Assembly: GCA_010015805.1 (NCBI GenBank)
Contig: ML978122.1
Coordinates: forward strand, 1,088,453-1,152,452
Length of the DNA: 64,000 bases
Source: Rhizodiscina lignyota
Taxonomy: Eukaryota
Direction: 5' to 3'
Below the pieces are notes generated by a model. That model did not search any database. It saw only the letters and a program-made list of their open reading frames with translations, and had not been told where the DNA came from. Below, piece by piece: positions 14,045-25,586 of this stretch. The translations under genes were made by a program, and so were the position numbers. The stretch's first letter is position 1. Each line of letters begins with the position of its first letter.

Positions 14045-15871
14045 TCAGCCCAACTCGACCAGAAGAGCTCTGATCTTCTTCATCGCAGCGAGATCCTCCT
14101 CCGCCTGCTCCAAAGTGACGGCGTCTTCTGGGCCCTCCAGGTTCTGTAGCTTCTCGATGGCGCTATGCTTCCTCTGACTCCACTGCATGTTCAAGGACTT
14201 GAGAGCCTTGTTCCTCTTCTCGCGTGCCACCTGTGCTTCAGCCTCAGCCTTGCTGGGTCTGCCTTTCTTCTCGACTCGTCCGGTCGCGACAACCGCTCCA
14301 GCAGGGGCAGTGCGCCTTCGAGTCAAAGTTGTGGTGGCACGCTTGGTCGGACGCTCATCATCGTGGATGGAGCCAGGGTGATTGTGCACACGCTTCATGT
14401 GGTCGAAGAGGTTATACTTGCGCGGAAAGCCTTGGCCGTCCTTTGAGCGCTCGCAGTCGGGGTAGTGGCAGAGGTGAGGCTTCTGGCCGTGGCCATGCAT
14501 GCCGTGGGCCTCGCGCTGGTGGCGGAGGAGGCAAGCAGTGGAGGAGAATGGAACGTCGATGCAGTCGCGCTCCTTGCAGCGGAATGGTCGGAGATGAGAG
14601 TCGATGTACTTACTGAGATAAGAGGTTAGCCTGGCAGGTAGGAGAGAAGAAAATTAAACTGACTCGTAGTTGCACTTGAGGCGCGTGGGCTTGTGCTCGC
14701 AGTGTTCCTTGTCGAGGAATGGGCAGTGATAGAAGTTGTCTTTGTCGGGAATCGCCGAGTAGAGAGGATCGGAGCGAGCATTCTCGTCGATGGCGGGCCT
14801 GTTGGTCTGGAGCGCCTCCGCAATATCGTCTTCATCTTTGACATCCTCAACTCCAAGCATGTCCGCTGCAGCCTGCTCCGCAAGTCCAGGTCTAAAATAG
14901 AAATTAGTAACTCATTAGCGAAGCGGGATTTAGCTCAAGTATCTCACTGGTCCAGGTCAATGTACTCGCTGTATTGGAATCCCATCACAGAGGATTGCTC
15001 GTCGACCAATGGCGTAGTTGGTGTTGTGGTTGAAGCGGCATCTAGATAGTTAACGCTGCTAACGCCACTGGACAGATGGCGTATCATTGGAACAGGTGCT
15101 CCATTTCCGGTAGAGGCGAAAGGTGCCTGCTGCATCGTGGCAGAGCTGCCCGAGGCATATTCTGACATCATAGTGGCCCTACTCGATGTCCTCGAGGGAA
15201 TGGCCATGGATCCAGTAACAAGCTCTGGGGATTGAGATGGCATGTATGGAACCTGATTGGAAGGCATGTTCATGTGTGATCCATCTTGCGACATCATACC
15301 ACTGTGTGAGCGACCAAAAGCAGGCTGATGGGGAAATGATATGCGTCGAAGAACCGCAGGGCTCTGAATGCTCTGGGTGTAGCCCATTGTCATGGAAGGC
15401 TGCGCATTGGGCGCCTGCATTGGCCACATCGCACTTTGCGAGAGGCCAAGATGACCCATGTCCCCAGAAATGGATCCATCCGAAGGTGGCAGCATGAATC
15501 CAGCAGTCTCTGACTGGCCTTGGTAAGACACAGCACTCACGCTTGGAGAGAAAACACCTTGCATCATCTGCTGGTCTGAATCTGCGAAGGTGTTGTCTTG
15601 CGCATACTGGTATTTGGCCTCGGCGCCTGGTTTTGCTTGTCTCCCTTGAGCATCGGGAAGGCTGACGTATGCGCTGTCATCCATGCTGGACTGAGGAGAA
15701 AACGCGGCGTCACCGACTTGTTCCGGTAGAAAAGACTCGGTCCAGTCGACGACTCGGGCTTCTAAGGCGTCCTGTGAGAGTTCCGGTACGGGAAGAGTAT
15801 CTGTCCACAGGGCAATGTCCCTTGGGTTGAGATGAGAAACTGGTCCACTTGAAGCGTCCAAAACCAACCCG
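14045..15871 (-). CDS. Multi-C2H2 zinc-finger transcription factor
   Basis: Spliced fingers: YHCPFLDKEHCEHKPTRLKCNYD|KYIDSH, PFRCKERDC..FSSTACLLRHQREAH, PHLCHYPDC..FPRKYNLFDHMKRVH. S/P/Q/M-rich N-terminus. Start uncertain: first in-frame ATG is 15684, but the frame is open back to the acceptor at 15872. Confidence 0.87.
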
Positions 15872-17822
15872 CTGAAAACAAAACGTTAGTATCCAAATCC
15901 GGGAGTGGCATGTTTTGTCATGAGAATACGAAACAATGAAATGACAAGAAAAATAAAAGCCAGCGGTGGTTAAACGGATCCAAGTCCATGGGACGAGCAG
16001 TCTGTTCACTCGTTAGTTCTCGCGCTTTACAACGAACAGATTCAAACAAACCACGACATTGGTGTTGTTGAATATCATCCGTGGGCAACTCCGGAGACTG
16101 AAACTAGACCATCGATAGCTGTCATCAGAAAGATCCCACTGCGGTCGCAGCGTTCCGGGCAACAAAAGTAACAGGAACCCGAGCTCGGATGAGCAAACTG
16201 AAAGTCCGGTGATCATTCTATGGTACATTGGCTCCTCTACTACTGAGACAAAGTGCTGATACTTCAATCGAGCACCGTCAAGTCAGTATACGCACGTCAC
16301 GCGTCTACAACTCTACAATTTAGGTTCCACAACGTACTCTTGCAGGCGATGGCGCCTGTCCCAAATTTTCCCAGCTCCTTGGCAGCGTGAAGTGGCCTTG
16401 AACGTTCCATGTGGGGCGACAGTCCTTTGAGAGTAGAGCAAGACAACAGAAACACCCGGCAAAATCCTCAGAATGGTAGGGCCGTCTCCGAAGTGTGGGG
16501 CGTAAATGTCGATGAACAGAAAACAGGCAGGGTCAAGAACAGCGCGCTCCATGGATTTGAGTAAGATCGTTGTCCAGTGACCATGCATGGCGGCAGTCAA
16601 AGTCGGTGATACCAAAAAACTTGGCAGTCCAGAGCAGAGTGGAGTGGAGTGACCTGATCCTTCTATGGAATCCATGTGGAATGTCCTCAAGCCGGCTGTG
16701 GCAAGTGTCGTCGTCGAAGAGCATTTTGAAGCGATCCTTGCGCGATCATGTGACCGTGCCGACAAACTATCATTTGTTTGTGGCAGAGCAAGTTGCTTGC
16801 AATATCCTGGGGATGGTTGTCGTGAATCCTGAGCGGCCTGCTCGACTAGAGTTGTCTACAAACAATTGCGGCCTGACGGGCGCCAGACAGCGGTTCGTGG
16901 TCCACCACAGCGGCTTGCTGATCCGTATCCAGGATAATGGCTGTCCGTGGCTCTGAACTCACCTGCAAACCGATCTGGCAAAAAAGAACATAGGGAATAC
17001 GAAAAACATTAAAGCAAAAACGCCTCGTTGACAGAGAGAAATCCGGCTTTTAGTACCTGGTATGGGGACCTTCGCGGGTGCGATATTGCATCCTGAGACG
17101 GAGCGGTGAATCCTGAGAGCGAGCGCTCGTTGTCGACTGTAGTGGCCGTTCCAATATAATGCAAACAAAATAATTGAATGAAAAATCCAATTGGGGATAA
17201 AGTCTCTGGGTCGTTTGTATAGTTTCGGTGTCCGTGGAGCGATGCAGAGTGAGATGCAAAAGAGCAAGAAGAACTGGGCGAGCGCGAGAAGAAAAAGGTG
17301 GGCGCGACCAGTTCTCGGGAAGCACAGCGCGTTACTCTCGTAAGCGAGAGTTATCAAGGCAAGCCTCTTGCGTTGTGCTGATCACAGACATTGGCCAGGA
17401 TTGTCCTTGGATTTCCCTGTTTTGCTGCAAGTGAGAGAAACTTTCACGAACCGTAGCGCTTGCTGAGCGAGAGGTTGCAGCACTGACGGGAGCGAGCGCC
17501 CGCGGTTGGCTATTCCCGTTGGCCAAAGCTGCGAAAGGCCCCTGTCAATCACTCCTTCACCGGCTGCCGTGCGATCAGGGTGCGTCGTGACGTGGCACGC
17601 TGGAAACGAGAAAGCAAACAATCAGCGACGAGAACTCAGTCACCTGCGCGATGATGTCGGGCCAATGTAGGAAGACTGTGTGATGCCACGAAGCTTCTCT
17701 CCTGTCTAGAGGCCAAATCCTGACCAAGCCTCCTAAGGCAATCAAAGCACCTTCATGCACGCTGCGGATATTAGCGGCACCTCCATCGTCGAAACGCCGA
17801 GAGTCTCCCTCCGGCCGACCGC

Positions 17823-18434
17823 TCAGTCTCTCCCAAGCCAGTACTCGTCCTTGTCGAAAAGAGCGGTTTTCGGATGAGCCTCCAAAGTGTATAAGCGGAG
17901 AAAGCGTCCATCAGGATCCTGATGATGCTCATCAGTACGCGCCTTGTACAACCACTTGGACTTCTTTTTCCAGTTATGAGAAAGGCTGCGTGCTCACCTC
18001 AAACACGAGCACCCAGCCAATAACCCCAGTCAATACTCGACTGTGCTTCACATCCTTGGCCGTGAGCCATTTCTCCCACGATTCCAGGTCTGCTTCGGAA
18101 CCTACGGCCCACGTGACAGGATCGTGACCCCTTTGCTTCTCTGCGTGGTCCGCGTCAAGTCTGAGCATATATCAGCCTTGCTATTGTGCTGCATCGACTG
18201 CTCCACAAAGTGGACAGCTGTAACCTACCGCAGCTCCAGGTTAATGTTGCCAAATAAGGGCATGTCAAGAATGTAGGCGAAGACGCTTCCATCCGCTTTG
18301 AAGTGATCGAATTGCTCAATACGTCTTGCGGAGAGCACATCAGTGTACCACTTGAGCGCCGCGTCAATGTCAGAGCAGGGGAATTTGATGTGATGCACCT
18401 TGGCGATAGCCGGAGGTTGCGAGTCTTCTGACAT
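17823..18434 (-). CDS. VOC/glyoxalase/bleomycin-resistance family protein
   Basis: Three exons give MSED..VHHIKFPCSDIDAALKWYTDVL..LELR|LDAD..DPVTWAV..GWVLVFE|DPDGRFLRLYTLE..WLGRD*, the typical VOC HxxxxxxD..WY and F-x-DPDG motifs. Confidence 0.85.
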
Positions 18435-19626
18435 GATGATGAAGTGGCTTGGTGGTGGTGTAAGTGTCGTAGTCTCAAAATAGAAAGCTGTGCGCCCTTA
18501 TCAAGGCCAGAGAGGTTGAGGTTTTGCGGCGTTGAATGTGGCACAGCAAGGCTCACGCAAGACCTGAAATAGGATTATCGTGACAATTTCAAATTCAGCA
18601 AGATTAGCTCTCGAAGAACACATTGAGTTGGTTTGAGTGAATTCATTTGTGCTTTGATATGTATGTGTACCTATTCAGCGAGGTACGGTGTAGGCGCGAA
18701 GCGAAAGTGGTGATCGGACCTGAATCCACGAGGTCGGGTGGCACAGGCGCCGAATTCAAGACTCACGGCAACAACCTCGCGCATAGGTTCATACACATCC
18801 CGTTCTCGCCCTTCGGCCAGATTGATGACGCCGAATAATCGACGTGTAACTTGCCACAGTGCCTACTAAGATACGTAAATGACAAAAAGAGAAATGCCGA
18901 AGGGTCCGCGATCTTCTTACGATAATTCGAGTCGTGAAGCTTTTCTCGACGATCCTGAATGCCATAAGCCAAGAAGATCATCAAAATGATCGGCCTACAT
19001 CTGAGCACAACAGCGTCCCTGGGGATCGGATTGACCTAAAGGCCCGATTAGCGATGATCTGGTGGCTGCGGTGAGGATGAAAGATGTGCAGGTTACGGAT
19101 CAGATAGGAGCGAAAGATGGAATTGTGTTTCTTCAATGAGGTTCAGTTGAACTATGCATTTGGTTGGAATCATCATTGGACTTGGGATTGGTAGATGAAA
19201 GGGGCATACTTGCTCATTATTGGAAATGGCCTTGTTGCATCCGAGCCGTCGACGTCGATGATGGAAGTTTTGGATGAGAAAAGGTTTTCTTGCAGAGGTT
19301 GCGGCTCTTCCAGCCACATTGCCGCTAACACGGTTTGAGCCTTAGCGCGACATCAGACAGCTGTCACCATGAAAGTACAGCTGGAGCTCTTAGAATTGGT
19401 AATTACAGCAAAACATTTTGTGAAAGTAGTGCAATATTACATCAAACTCTCTGATTCAAGAACTCTCTGGTGTCCACGAACTGCAGCTTTTGTTGAAGTC
19501 CACACGCTTTCGATCCCCGATTGAAACTCAGCGGTTTATCTCTGCCATCCTGCGAACGACAAGCTCGAGAAAGCTACCCTAAGAATCTCCTCTCATCGGG
19601 TATTGCACAAAACCGAGCTTGGTTCA

Positions 19627-20606
19627 ATGGCAAGATCTCTCCCGCCAGAGCCAATAGGCAAAGACTATACATATAAGAACCTGTCCAGGCTCCTGTCTCG
19701 CTTGGACGACAAGCTCCTCTTGCCAGACAATGAGTCTACTCTGATTCACAATTCCTACGAGAGATCCAAAACTGAAACGGTAGAATCCATCCAACGCCTT
19801 TCTATCCCATACACTGACCGATGGATCATTGCGCACAGAATCTCGAATATGCTCGATCACTCCTTCTGCGCCTGGAACATGACAGTTCCAATATCAAGAT
19901 ACAGAACCGAAAGCAAGCTATGCAAGCGGATCTACAATCTAAGCGCAACGAGATAAAGCGCCTTAGCCAGCGACTACAAGAACTCAATGACCTTGCGGTC
20001 AACTCGGATGATGATGAGGATGAGGAGCAAGAGGAGGATGAAGCTGAGACACAGTCAAAGTGGACGGCGGCCAGTCATACAGTGCCTTCACAAAACGGGG
20101 ATCATAACAATTTAGACCATGGAGATAAATCTATTCAGAGTCCGTCGACAACGACTAGTGCGGCGCTTCGGTCAAGACATCCTCGTATAGCGAGTACTCC
20201 AGCAGCAACCACCAGTGCCAGTCTGTTCCCACCAAACTTCAAACCTCCCTCTACAAACGTCGATCTTGATCCCAATCTATCTCAAACCGAAGCTCTCCTC
20301 TCGCACAACCGCCGCGAACAGGAGAACCTGACGGACTCACTTCTCGACCTAGTATCTCAATTCAAAGCATCCGCTATACAATTCCAGACATCGTTAGAGT
20401 CAGAGAAGGATGTATTAGCCCAAGCGACAAGCGGGCTAGATAAGAATGCTACTGGAATGGAGGTTGCGGGTCGTCGTATGGGTACGCTTCGGCGAATGAC
20501 GGAGGGCAAGGGCTGGTGGGCAAGAATGAAGATATACGGACTCATTGTTCTGCTTTACGTGGTAGCGCTGGTGATCATATTCGTACTACCAAAACTGCGG
20601 TTCTAA
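19627..20606 (+). CDS. USE1: ER Qc-SNARE Use1-like
   Basis: NLSRLLSRL..NLEYARSLLLRLE N-terminal helices, SNARE helix QENLTDSLLDL..LESEKDVL..GLDKN, C-terminal TM ending PKLRF. Intron 19780-19838. Confidence 0.8.
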
Positions 20607-20713
20607 GCCTGGGACATCCAACTCGTTTCCAATCGTGCATTTGCGAGAGGCACTTTCAATCCCTCACATCTTCGAATGAGGCGTTCACAACAGCTTCAGA
20701 GCTGTTTACCATA

Positions 20714-21719
20714 TCAGATGGCATCCTTCCACCATCTCTCTGTGCGAGCCTTGTGGAAGGTGGGGTCATCTTCAGCGTCTTCCCTTTGCTCTTCGATCAT
20801 CGACTGAAACCATGCCCTCCAGACTTCGGTATCAGCGCCAGCGACAGGTATGCCACGCTCATCGTCATCCTCGTCTACAATCTCCTCCAACTTGGTCCGA
20901 AAGCGAGCGAACATAACGAGCAGGCTGAGCTGTCCATTTGGAGCCCTCCACAGCTCGTACTTGCGCTTCTCGTACGTCGGGTCACTAGTCGGCTTCTTCT
21001 CTCCGGTACCAATGAACTTCCACTCCTGAAGTACGATCTCGATGCACTTGTTGCAATAGTGTTTGGCCTTGTAGAGCAGTCCGGTTTTCTTCATGAGGCG
21101 CATGGCAGCCATTACCTCCACATCCGTCACCCCGAAGTGACCCTTCCGCGCAATCTGCAGGCAGATCTTAGCGCAGTCATTAAGCCGGTGCTCTTCGAAA
21201 GCTTCGATTGCCTATTGCAAGTAAAGTAACGTCAGGAACACTATCTTTGGCTCATTGTTTGCGCACCTGCTCCAGGCTGGGAGTGTAACCCTCAGCGGGG
21301 ACATGCAGAGGAGGACCATTGACCCATTCTAGAAGATCCTCTGCCTCTGCATCTGTCAGGTAGGGCAAGTCTTCTCGGTCCTGGTCCACGGAGACGACGT
21401 TCGGCGTGTTGTTGTTCTCTGGCGGCGGTGTCATCTCCCCGGTGTCTGGTCGAAGTTGTGCTGCCTCATTATCTTCCTGTTCGTCCTCAGCCTCTTCATC
21501 ACTCTCCAGCTCCTCCTCCTCTTCAGTATCATTTTCGTGCATCTCCGGCGCAATTCCATTAGGCTTCACCCAACCGAATTCAGCACTGAAGATTGGCGAC
21601 TTCTTGGGAGGCGGACGAGCAGCTCCTTCGCCGGCGTCGAGGTGTTGAGCTTCAATGCCGTTATCTTGATCGTTGTTTCCCGCCATATTCTCCGTATCTT
21701 TCATCTCCGTATCTTCCAT
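20714..21719 (-). CDS. Hypothetical acidic protein
   Basis: Exon 21719-21267 (D/E-rich) splices GTGCGC...AATAG in frame to AIEAFEEHRLNDCAKIC...WWKDAI*. Confidence 0.65.
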
Positions 21720-22235
21720 ATTCACAAGAAAATGATGATCGTGCTGTTGTGATGTGGACTTAGAAACGAGGTTGGGTGAGTTTGCGAGGTTTTATGTGCA
21801 TGTTGTTGACGTGGAATGGGAAGTTAAGAAGATCAGATCACAACACTCTCTAGTATGGTGACAGCCTAAGCCACGTGGCAAGTTTCGATGCTCGGGAAAC
21901 ACGATACGCGCATTGGATTCTGCGCCTTGGCCGAGCGTCCGATCACGATGGTGTTCCGACGTCACTCCGGTGTGCTCACAAAACAGTTTCCGTGCTACGG
22001 TATGGTCTATTTGACGATTCGCTTTAAAGCGGCACAGGTCGCTTATTCCTCGTGTTACGAGGAGATCCATCACACGTGTGCAAGAGATCCGTTTATACTC
22101 AAATATTCGGCGAGCATACAGCTTTGAAGTCAACTTTCTTGAATACCTACACTCGGCAAGCAAATTTCAACGTATATGCTACAACAAGGGAACAGACCCC
22201 GTGTATACTTGAGTGCTCTGCGAGCATGACTTGGT

Positions 22236-22938
22236 TCACCATCCAGCTTTCAGTTGCTTGACAGCTTCTTCCTCCGAAACGACGTCTGCGTATTTAGCAT
22301 TTAAGTCGAAGAGATTCGCGTTCTGAATCTCATCGCTTCGGTCTCCGCAGGCCGAACCAACGACCTACACAATGTCAATTAAGTCTAAATACCAGTGCGG
22401 GAATACATACCATGGGTCTAAAGCCGTTCTGCATTGCGTCAAGTGCCGAAGCTCTCACGCATCCACTCGTGCTCACTCCACATATTACAGTTGTGTCCAC
22501 GCCCAAATTCCGCAAATCTGTTGCTAGCGTCGTTCCGAAGAACCCACTGGCATAATGCTTCTTGAGGACCAGCTCCCCTTCCTTTGGCACCAGCCCAGGC
22601 AGGAAATCTCCCAATCCCCTCTTGTCCCCAACTTTCCAAATATCTAGCATCTTCGCCTTGTGCCAGAACAATCCGGCGTCCTTCATATCTGGATCACTGA
22701 ACTCCACAACGGTCCACAGTACCGGTACTCCGCCCTCACGCGCCGCTGTAAGTAATTTGCGCATAGAATCTGGACTTGCGGCCCCTGCAGGACATGCGCT
22801 GATGTCGAGAGGTGATCCTTCCGCCCAGTATGCTTTGCAAACATCGATTAGTAGCAATGCTGGGCGTGAGCCCCAGCCCATCTTTGTAGCAAAGCCAGAG
22901 CGACGATAGGAATCAAATTCGCCATTGGTGGTTGACAT
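22236..22938 (-). CDS. Isochorismatase-family cysteine hydrolase (N-carbamoylsarcosine/maleamate amidase-like)
   Basis: PALLLID, KHYASGFFGT, GVSTSGCVRASALDA give the Asp-Lys-Cys triad. An intron after GFRPM leads to VVGSACGDRS..NLFDLNAKYADVV..AGW*. Confidence 0.92.
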
Positions 22939-23397
22939 TGTGAGGAGATGAGAGTGATGAGCAGAGAAATGATATCTCGAGTCCCCTTCCGGCTCTTGGT
23001 CTTTCGAACTACTCTAGAGGTAGGATCAATATAATTAAAAGCAACAAGTCTTAACCACTTTCAAATAATATCTTCTTTCGCCTGTATCGAGATTCCGGGA
23101 ATTCATGCTTGGCTATCGGCTTCTCCTGCCGAACGGTAGTCAGCTCCCGTGCCGATAACATCGGACTTGAGCGACGAACTTCTGCTCAATTGACGAGTAT
23201 AATAGTTTGATGAATTCGGGTTCTGTTCATTGTTTGAGGTCATTATATGGTCTGCGCCAAAAACAGGGTCTAGTAGATTATAAATTATCACAAAAACAAA
23301 ATGCGATAGGTACAGTAACAACCCTCGATTGATTCCACTTGCCGGAATCGGCCATCGTCATGTTTAGCGGAATCAAGAGCATCGCATTCTTGCATAT

Positions 23398-24786
23398 CTA
23401 AATCTGTGATTCCAAGATATCCATCTCTCGAAACACCCAAGCTACGCTATCCAGAATTCCTGCAGCCTTCAGTTCTTCGAAAATGGCCATCGTAACACGC
23501 CTCGGCCAATCGGACATGAACCATCGTTGTGGTGCATGATACAGTGGCACAACCCAGTGTGCCAGAAGCGCGAGTGCGATCGGAATATGGCGGGATAGAA
23601 GTGCAAAGAAATCGTCCGACATTGTGCTAACCCAAAGCACAATATAAGTTATGCTCTTCGGTCGCGGTGGTACTAGACGAAACCACAACTTCGTTTGTTT
23701 GATAGCAAGACGCAGTGTATCAGCGTCATTGGATGCAGTATGTGATGTTCCGATGAGAGAAGAGAGTCGGTTCAAAGACGCGACGAGAGCCAGATCCAGA
23801 GTTTCAGGGTCGAGAAGAGCACGTGGCAAGCGCTCAGGACGGTGGAGATGAGCGACCAGGCCTGCTGTCTCGTGGGCGTTCGCAGCCTCTCCCGGGTTGG
23901 CATGGGACTTGATGAACGCCACCGATCGGCGGAGGAAGAGCAGCCATTGGATAAAATTATCCAGGTCAGCGGCACGAGACGACGATACAGGCAGCAGAGC
24001 GAGCATTGTGAGCATTGTGAGAGTGCTAAATGGCAGTACTGCACTTGCGGGAGCTGCCGATGCACGCAGAAACCCCACAGCTGCTTGACCGTGATGCTGA
24101 TGCGCCACAGACCGATATACGGCACTGGTGGCAGGGTCATGGTGCTGGGAAGCCACATGAGCAGCCGAGAGGCCAAGGACAGAGTGCAATAGGAATGGGT
24201 TTGTTTGGGCAAGTTGTGGAACCACTGCCTGCCAGATATGGGCCGTTTCAGGCCCTCGGTCAACGGCCAGCGTTAACGAGGTTGTCGTAGACCAGTAATG
24301 CAGCAGCTCGAGCTCCCTGGCATGTAGCGGCTTAGTTGATGACGGCTTTAGTACGGGAGAGATGATAGAAAGATCTGACATCCTGCGTAGTCTCCATAAT
24401 TTAGACTTAGTAAAATAAGTATGTAGGGAAGGCAATAAGATTCTTAACTGGGGTATTAGTGAAAGTATCGTGTACATACCCAGTCGACAAAGGCGTGATT
24501 GTTTGCACGAGCGAGGAGATCGTAGAAGGAGGCGGCGGTGTTAGATCGGCGTATTCGCACACAACTTTTCGTCTCTCACAATTAGCGCAGCTAGGACCGC
24601 GGCCATCGCACTAGATTTTATCAGACAAGCTTGAAAATATTCTACGGGGGCGCTCTGTGTCATTCAAAGAGAAGAGTATGCCATTATGCGCGAGAGGCTT
24701 GTATGTACCTTGATCCGGCGCTTCTTGCAGGGCTTACAACCGAGTCGTGACTTGGAGTGGAGCTTGCGAGAGCCCCCGCTTGTCAT
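23398..24786 (-). CDS. Zn(II)2Cys6 transcription factor, Upc2-like subfamily
   Basis: HSKSRLGCKPCKKRRIK|CDGRGPSCANCERRKVVCEY binuclear cluster; ELELLHYW, PFLLHSVLGLSAAH, P.ALALLAHW C-terminal motifs. Two introns. Confidence 0.92.
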
Positions 24787-25586
24787 TCTGGAAGGGATGT
24801 TTCCTGAAACTCAGCAAGGACGGACTAATGGGGTTGCAAGGGGATAACGAGAAGTCGTGGAAGTGGTTTGAGTGAAAGCGTACACTTATCCTTTTCCGTG
24901 CCTCGAAGGGCACTCGAGACTATCGGTGAATTAATCATTATATATTTCAACAGCAGGCAAGGGAATATGTAGAGGCTGAGCGCATAGCACAGAGCCATGT
25001 TGGTCGTCAGGCTTCACGCAGCGAAGGAATCAGCCACAAAGCGTACACTAGACCATCTTTGGCACCGCGCACACTAGACTCCTTTCAGCCCTCCTACATC
25101 TCCACAACTCCGCTCTACTCTCCCCTCCGTTCATAAAGCGTGAGTTGCACGGATGGCGAAGATCAACCATGTTCAAGGGCAACTGCTGCAGACTGCGCCC
25201 AAGGCCGATGTGGCCGTGGCCAATGGAGCGAGATCCATGCCAGGACCAAGTACACTTGACTCTCTTGATGCTGGAGTACGTCCTTCTACGATGAGCCTCA
25301 TTTCGTACGCAGCAATTATTGACCCGACAGAGTCGATCCGAAATTAGACAGAAATCAAGATGCCCAGTATAAAGATGAACACAACTTCGCTGCCATAACT
25401 ATCGTACTCCAAGAATCAACATATCCCATCTGACGTTCTTACTTCACAAACATTAATTTTAGTCTGTTTCCTTCGATCATTGGCGTCTAATATCATTAGT
25501 TTGGTTTCTATCCTTCACGTCTACAACACTATTAGCAAAGGCCCCGTCCACTCTGCCTACGTTTCCCTTTTCGTCGATATTCCAGA

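Noticed and set aside
18640..19330. Possible degenerate multi-exon gene on the minus strand (MWLEEPQ...PFPIMS followed by a GTATGC donor)
   Set aside because: Could not assemble a consistent frame; too weak to call.
20516..21229. 237-aa plus-strand ORF
   Set aside because: Antisense shadow of the minus-strand gene at 20714-21719.
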